A stretch of DNA of 64,000 bases from Octopus vulgaris (lineage: Eukaryota): positions 108,066,001 to 108,130,000 of the forward strand of contig OX597822.1 in the NCBI GenBank assembly GCA_951406725.2, in the 5' to 3' direction. Of this stretch, positions 58,417 through 64,000 are shown in pieces (the first letter of the stretch is position 1; each line of letters opens with the position of its first letter). Below the pieces are notes generated by a model. It had not been told where the DNA came from. It saw only the letters and a program-made list of their open reading frames with translations, and ran no database searches. The position numbers and the translations under genes are program-made.

Positions 58417-59009
58417 ACTATTCAAGTACACATACACAAAAATTATACATGATCACAGACACAAACGCACACACACTCACACACGCACATATGAAAAATT
58501 CTCCCAATCATTTAAAATCTAAATTTTCATCAAACCGCATTGTACAATGTGTTTAGATTTGTAATTCGTCAACTCAAATTATATACCTTCGAGTACTAGG
58601 AGTTCTATAGACAAAGATCCGTGCATCGAAATCACGCTAGCAACAAATTATTCACTTTCTTAATTGAACAATCTATAATGAGAACAGGATAATCTATAAA
58701 TTGTCTAAAGGTGCCAACTACTTCGGGAAGATGAATTCTATGAAATCCTCAAAATAATAAAAATTTAAAAAAAAACCAAATCGTGTATATAAATATGTGC
58801 AGTCAATTGTGAATTAACAGGAAGTTTATTTTTGTCCATGGCTAAATCTGCATACAATCTGAGTTTAAATGCAGGCAAGAAGTATAATGGTATTGATGAT
58901 AATTCTCTCGCGACAAAAACGGGTGTACAATATTATGCATCAACAAATGAGAAGTTCGTTTTTCAAAAATGGTAAAAGTTAATATTTATGTAGTCATTTC
59001 TACTATATG

Positions 59010-59210
59010 CACAAGGCCTGGAATAGTGTGAGAAGGAGAAAGACAATCACATTGACCCCAGTATTTCGCTTGTGCTTTATTTTTTCCATCCCGATCAGAA
59101 TAAAGACCAATTCAAAGTCGGCGGAACTTGAACACAGAGTGTTAAAATGGACGAAATACCGCCTGAGCATTTTGCTGGGCGTTTTAACGATTTTGTCAGT
59201 TCCTCACCTT
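59010..59210 (-). mobile_element. SINE family B (old copy)
   Basis: ttgaccccagta...cggcggaacttgaac...gacgaaataccgc...gcattttgc. Confidence 0.75.
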
Positions 59211-60032
59211 TAGTAATATTCATGTAATAAATGGAAAAAACAGCGAGTGTTAGTGACCGCTTATTAAGAAGAAAAACTGATAAAAGTACTGTACGCAGCT
59301 CCATTATGTTCCCTTCATTAAAACAACAGTTAGGTGAAGGTGGCTGTATCCAGTTCTGTGAGATATACTCATCTAATATTACGTTGTACCTTTACAGCAC
59401 GATTTAGTTTCAGCACTTCAATATAATCCTCCCTGCCGCATTTTATAGAGTCAGACTATCTGTAACTCACATCAGTTGTTCCGTTCTATATAAGGTCCCG
59501 TGCTTTTAATGAATCCTCATTTGATTTTTTAAAAATATATTGAGTTATCTGATAATCAAATGAAGTCACAGATATTAGTATGTTCTGACGACGCTTCTGA
59601 TTTTTCCTAAATAATGGCTCCTGTTTCCCACAATCCATTCCAATGATCATATACAAGCAATTTTAATGAGCAACTCATTCTTACTTTCCTGAAAATAATA
59701 TAGCGAATACATGGTTAAATTAATAACAAGGGGATAGTGTTTATTACTTAAACAGCCCAAGTTTTTGAGTATCTTCGATTCAATCATTGCACTATCAATT
59801 GTACTTCTGTTTTTTTTTTCTTTTTTTTCTTTTCGTTATGTGTTTTGGGTTTGATATTTACATTTTCCTATATTCTTACAAGTTTTCTTCTAATGCATTG
59901 TTTTGGTAAATGCTGTCCTGTTAAACGTAATTTTACTAGAACGCAGAGTTGTTGAGTAGACTTGTCAACAGTAATTTCATACATTTACACATACATACAT
60001 ACATACATACATACATAATACATACATACATA

Positions 60033-60117
<85 letters not shown>

Positions 60118-60119
<2 letters not shown>

Positions 60120-60491
60120 GAGGCGCAATGGCCTAGTGGTTAGTGGTTAGGGCAGCGGGCTCGCGGTTTCGATTCCCAGACCGGGCGTTGTGAGTGTTTA
60201 TTGAGCGAAAAACACCTAAAGCTCAACGAGGCCCGGCAGGGATGGTGGTGATCCCTGCTATACTCTTTCAGCAAAACTTTCTCTCACTCTTAATTCCTGT
60301 TTCTGTTGTATCTGTATTTCAAAGGGTCGGCCTTGTCGCTCTCTGTGTCACGCTGAATATCCCCGAGAACTACGTTAAGGGTACACGTGTCTGTGGAGTG
60401 CTCAGCCACTTACACGTTAATTTCACGAGCAGGCTGCTCCGTTGATCGGATCAACCGGAACCCTCGTTGTCGTAACCGACGGAGTGCTTCC
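60118..60491 (+). mobile_element. SINE family C
   Basis: Collinear with 43123-43506. Confidence 0.92.
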
Positions 60492-60596
60492 CATATATAT
60501 ATATAGATATGTGAAACAAGGTGGAAAAAAGAGTACTCAAATACCAGGGGTAGAGTAATATGCTTTATTTAAAAGCAGCAGAAAATTCAACAAAAC

Positions 60597-60634
60597 CTGT
60601 TACTCTGTGTTTCACGTTCCCGTTCGTCGGACAG
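60597..60634 (-). ncRNA. Minimal type I hammerhead ribozyme, minus-strand copy
   Basis: ctgt CCGACGA ACG GGAA CGT GAAAC ACAGA GTA acag. Confidence 0.7.
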
Positions 60635-60650
60635 TTTCTTCTAACAAAAA

Positions 60651-60688
60651 CTGTCCGACGAACGGGAACGTGAAACTCAGAGTAACAG
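60651..60688 (+). ncRNA. Minimal type I hammerhead ribozyme (CCGACGA core)
   Basis: ctgt CCGACGA ACG GGAA CGT GAAAC TCAGA GTA acag: stem I, GNRA-capped stem II, short stem III, GUA site. Confidence 0.8.
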
Positions 60689-60766
60689 GTTTTGTTGAAT
60701 TTTCTGCTGCTTTTAAATAAAGTATATATATATATATATATATATATACATACATACATAATACAG

Positions 60767-60817
<51 letters not shown>

Positions 60818-60857
60818 TAAATACGCACACTTACATAGTTTTAATATAATTTTTAAT

Positions 60858-60892
60858 ATATCGACCGGTTTCGCTATCGCTATTCATGATAT
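60858..60892 (-). ncRNA. Hammerhead-like motif with an A3:U8 core
   Basis: atatc ATGAATA GC GATA GC GAAAC CG GTC gatat. Confidence 0.65.
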
Positions 60893-61856
60893 TGTGTTTC
60901 TAGACACAGAAACACTAAGAACAACAAGACAACACCACACCTCAGCTCAAAATATTACTATTTATATCAACACACACTCCGAGAAACAATGAGGCATTCA
61001 ACACTATTATGCAAACTCTTCCTTTACTAACTAGAGATCCCAAAATGAACGACATCCTGAAAACACAAACTCACCAAATGCAAAAAAATATGCAAATCGC
61101 TAAAGAGACTACTAACAAATGCGAAGCTTTACAAAACAACCAAGAAACCAACGGTTGAAAAGTGTGGACGCCCAAACTGTGGAACCTGCCCCAACCTGCC
61201 TGAAGGCTCGGAATTCTTTTTCAAAGAAGGACAGCTATTCACAATTAAAACTAGTTTCACTTGTGCTTATGAGAACCTAATTTATGTATTAACCTGATCG
61301 GGTTGCGGACTCAACTATATTGGACAAAAGTGTATGACCTTGAGAAAGAGAACCACTCTACATAAGGTGCAAATCCGTTTCCCGCAATACAAGCAAATTC
61401 CTCTCAGCGAACATATAGCAAAAAAATGTGCAGATAACATCAAACCAAATTTCCCAGTCTCCTCTTCTACTAGTGCAAAGACATAATCTCTCCTCTAGAA
61501 CGTTTAAATAAAGACATTTTTTCATTGACAAATACAGAACACGTCTTAATATGCACGCATAACCAACTTTTATCTTTTTACATATTTCAGTTCACGATTC
61601 CATCACTGTACATAAATCCACTCACTAAACAAGGTTTTCAAAACTCGTTTTTGTCTGTACACATATATATTCCTCTCCCATTACCGAACGCTGAACATTT
61701 ATTTCCCTTACCCACAACAATAACAATAATAACGATAACCAATTACCAAACTTTATTTATCTACTTGTGAAGTCATTCACTCGTGAATTTCATCACGCAC
61801 AACATGGACAAAATTTTTTCTTAAGAAAAAATACATATTCAAACAACTAAAACATA

Positions 61857-61891
61857 ATATCATGAATAGCGATAGCGAAACCGGTCGAAAT
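61857..61891 (+). ncRNA. Hammerhead-like motif with an A3:U8 core (sense copy)
   Basis: atatc ATGAATA GC GATA GC GAAAC CG GTC gaaat. Confidence 0.6.
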
Positions 61892-63659
61892 ATTTAAAAT
61901 TATATTAAAACTATGTAAGTGTGCGTATTTTCTTTTTATAATTTCTTATATACATTACAACTCACACATGAGGACAATCGAAATTCCTCTTTTCTGTTAC
62001 GACTATATAAATATATATATATACTGTAATCTCGAACCCGAGAACAAGATTTCTGTTTCTTAAGCTTAAACACAAAATATGATATAGATGTGCATTGTAA
62101 TTGTTAAAGGATCTGTATAGAATCAGTGTCAAGTAACTTGAAAGTGGAAATGTTATTTCGAACGCTTAATTGAAGAACTGGAAAAATTATTATATCTATT
62201 AAATATTCATTTGGGTATAAATCTAAATCTTTAATCTAAAATCGATCGGTCTAATAAAAATAATTGTATTCTGGACAGTGTTATATGACTATATGAAAAT
62301 GTATTTTTTAATATTATTATGAAAACATTGCCTTTTGCAATGAAACCAGTCAGAATAGAAAAGAAAGAAAGAAAGAAAGAACCTGTTTCGTCTTTGCAAT
62401 TATGGGAAATTAAACGATTTTATAATGGTTGGCTTGTTTTACATTGTGTCTCCAAATACGGTTTCGTTTCTGGTTTGCGATGCCCTCGTGTACAAATATT
62501 AAAAAGACAGAAAAGGAGTCCTAGTAAGAGAAGGTAGCATATTAGTGACCTTAAAGTCAAAGAGGTTTAAGGAAGCGTTATATCGCATGATTATTTCCGT
62601 TTGAACAACACGAAAAATCGATAAAAACCGTGTTAAACAACTTGGCGGTAATCAATTCATTCAGAATCCACGCACACAGAGAAAACAACCCATAAGAAAT
62701 AAAAATAAAAGATTAGAAAGAGACGTTAGCCATTTTAATGAATGGTTCAATGAATATTTTAATTGTTTGAAAGTAGTTCTAAAGCTTTTCAATAAAGGGC
62801 TACGTTCTTGTTGGATGCTTCCAACGACTGACTTTGGGGTTGAATTAAAAGACGAAAGTAATGCAAGTCTCTGTGGAGACTTCACTGTAAAACTAACATT
62901 TGCGAGAAATTTTCTTTTGACCCAAGTGTAATTTTTTCCAATGTGTAGAAATAATCGATTAAGGCATTACAGAGAGTTGTTAGTTAGGAAACCTCATCAG
63001 TCATTCTCGAGTGATTCACAGAAGCCTTTAAAATATTTAATTTTCTTTCTAAATATCTCGCCAGACAAACGATGCAAAAAATAGGTTTTGTGCTGAGTGA
63101 ACAAAATTAACGATGACATGCTTAAAACTGATATTAACAATCAGGAAAACCACTATAATAATTAGTAGAAATATCGGAACTGCTGCAGTATAACTGAAAG
63201 TAATTAGATGCTTCCAGTAGCACACAAAATACCAGCTACAAAGGTTTTGGCCATAGAGGACATTTACATATTAAACAAGCTAATACTTTGCATAACACTT
63301 CAAGAATAAATTGTAGTTAGGTTGACAATTTATGAATTGTATAACGTCGGAAGTGTTTTCATTATATAATCTTATAATTATTTTGGGTTTGGTATTCAAA
63401 AAATTAAATGTTTAGAACATTATATTTCTAAAAAGTGAAGTAGCAAATAAGATTTCGCTTGTCATAATGCCCAGAGGCAAGATAGGTTTTAAAAGATTAA
63501 GCAAATGGTACGAATAGAGAAGCCGAAATACGTTATGTTAAAAGGTGAATAATTGATCTCTAAGAATAACATCGAGTTGTTTTATACGTAGTAATAATTT
63601 TAAAAAATGTATAAAACAATGAAACTCTAAGACTATATTCTTAAAATTAGTAGAGGACC

Positions 63660-63970
63660 AGATAAAACGCTTGCCAGCACTTCACAATCTATTTTTCGTG
63701 CTAATCCTGCCAAAACCGCTTTGGCGTTTTGTCATACTAGGGTCGTTGATGTAAATTACAAATTAACAGCTGACCGGATTTAATCGATTTTCACATGATC
63801 GCAAAATTCAGGTTTTGTTTTTGGGCTACAAACAATTATTCGGTGTGTGGCAAATGATGAGCAAAGTCGGACAAAATGCCTTGTGACATTTGTTCCGACT
63901 GCTTCCATTCTAAGTACAAATCTCGTCGGTGACAACTTTGACTTTCAACCCTCTACAGTCGATAAAGATT
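63660..63970 (+). mobile_element. Very decayed SINE family B fragments
   Basis: aaatgccttgtgacatttg...gagtacaaat-like B box...gactttcaaccctct..agtcgataaa. Confidence 0.45.
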
Positions 63971-64000
63971 TAAGAATAAGTGCAATGTTTATGGTATGAA

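Larger units (their letters stand above)
60510..60722. mobile_element. Near-perfect 75-bp fold-back (60563-60637 / 60648-60722) with an unpaired extension, set in (TA)n
   Basis: One mismatch between arms and a 10-nt loop; a hammerhead on each arm. Confidence 0.92.
60816..62003 (+). mobile_element. 5'-truncated Neptune-type Penelope-like element with an inverted partial pseudo-LTR
   Basis: KCGRPNCGTC linker, FTC..ENLIYVLT*SGCGLNYIGQ...LRKR...H...IPLSEH...FFIDKYRTRLN; 60819-60898 is the inverse of 61850-61930; (TA)n on both flanks. Confidence 0.9.

Overview
This is AT-rich eukaryotic DNA packed with microsatellites ((TA)n, (CA)n, (TAA)n, (GAA)n, (TACA)n). The repeat content resembles an octopus (coleoid cephalopod) genome, which is an inference from the repeat families. 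I found no convincing host protein-coding exon. Most ORFs in the track are microsatellite translation artefacts, and the rest are decayed transposon fragments. These comprise three tRNA-headed SINE families, CR1-group, RTE and R4/Dong-like LINE remnants, mariner, maT and hAT DNA transposon remnants, MITEs and a probable solo LTR. The most striking feature is a dense population of Penelope-like element (PLE) relics with about 14 minimal type I hammerhead-ribozyme-like motifs. Five of these relics are fold-back insertions, mostly asymmetric and set in (TA)n, with a hammerhead-like motif pointing outward on each arm. The motif cores include CCGANGA variants and one compensatory A3:U8 core (ATGAATA). 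All family assignments come from manual motif recognition; no database searches were run, and boundaries of decayed elements are approximate.
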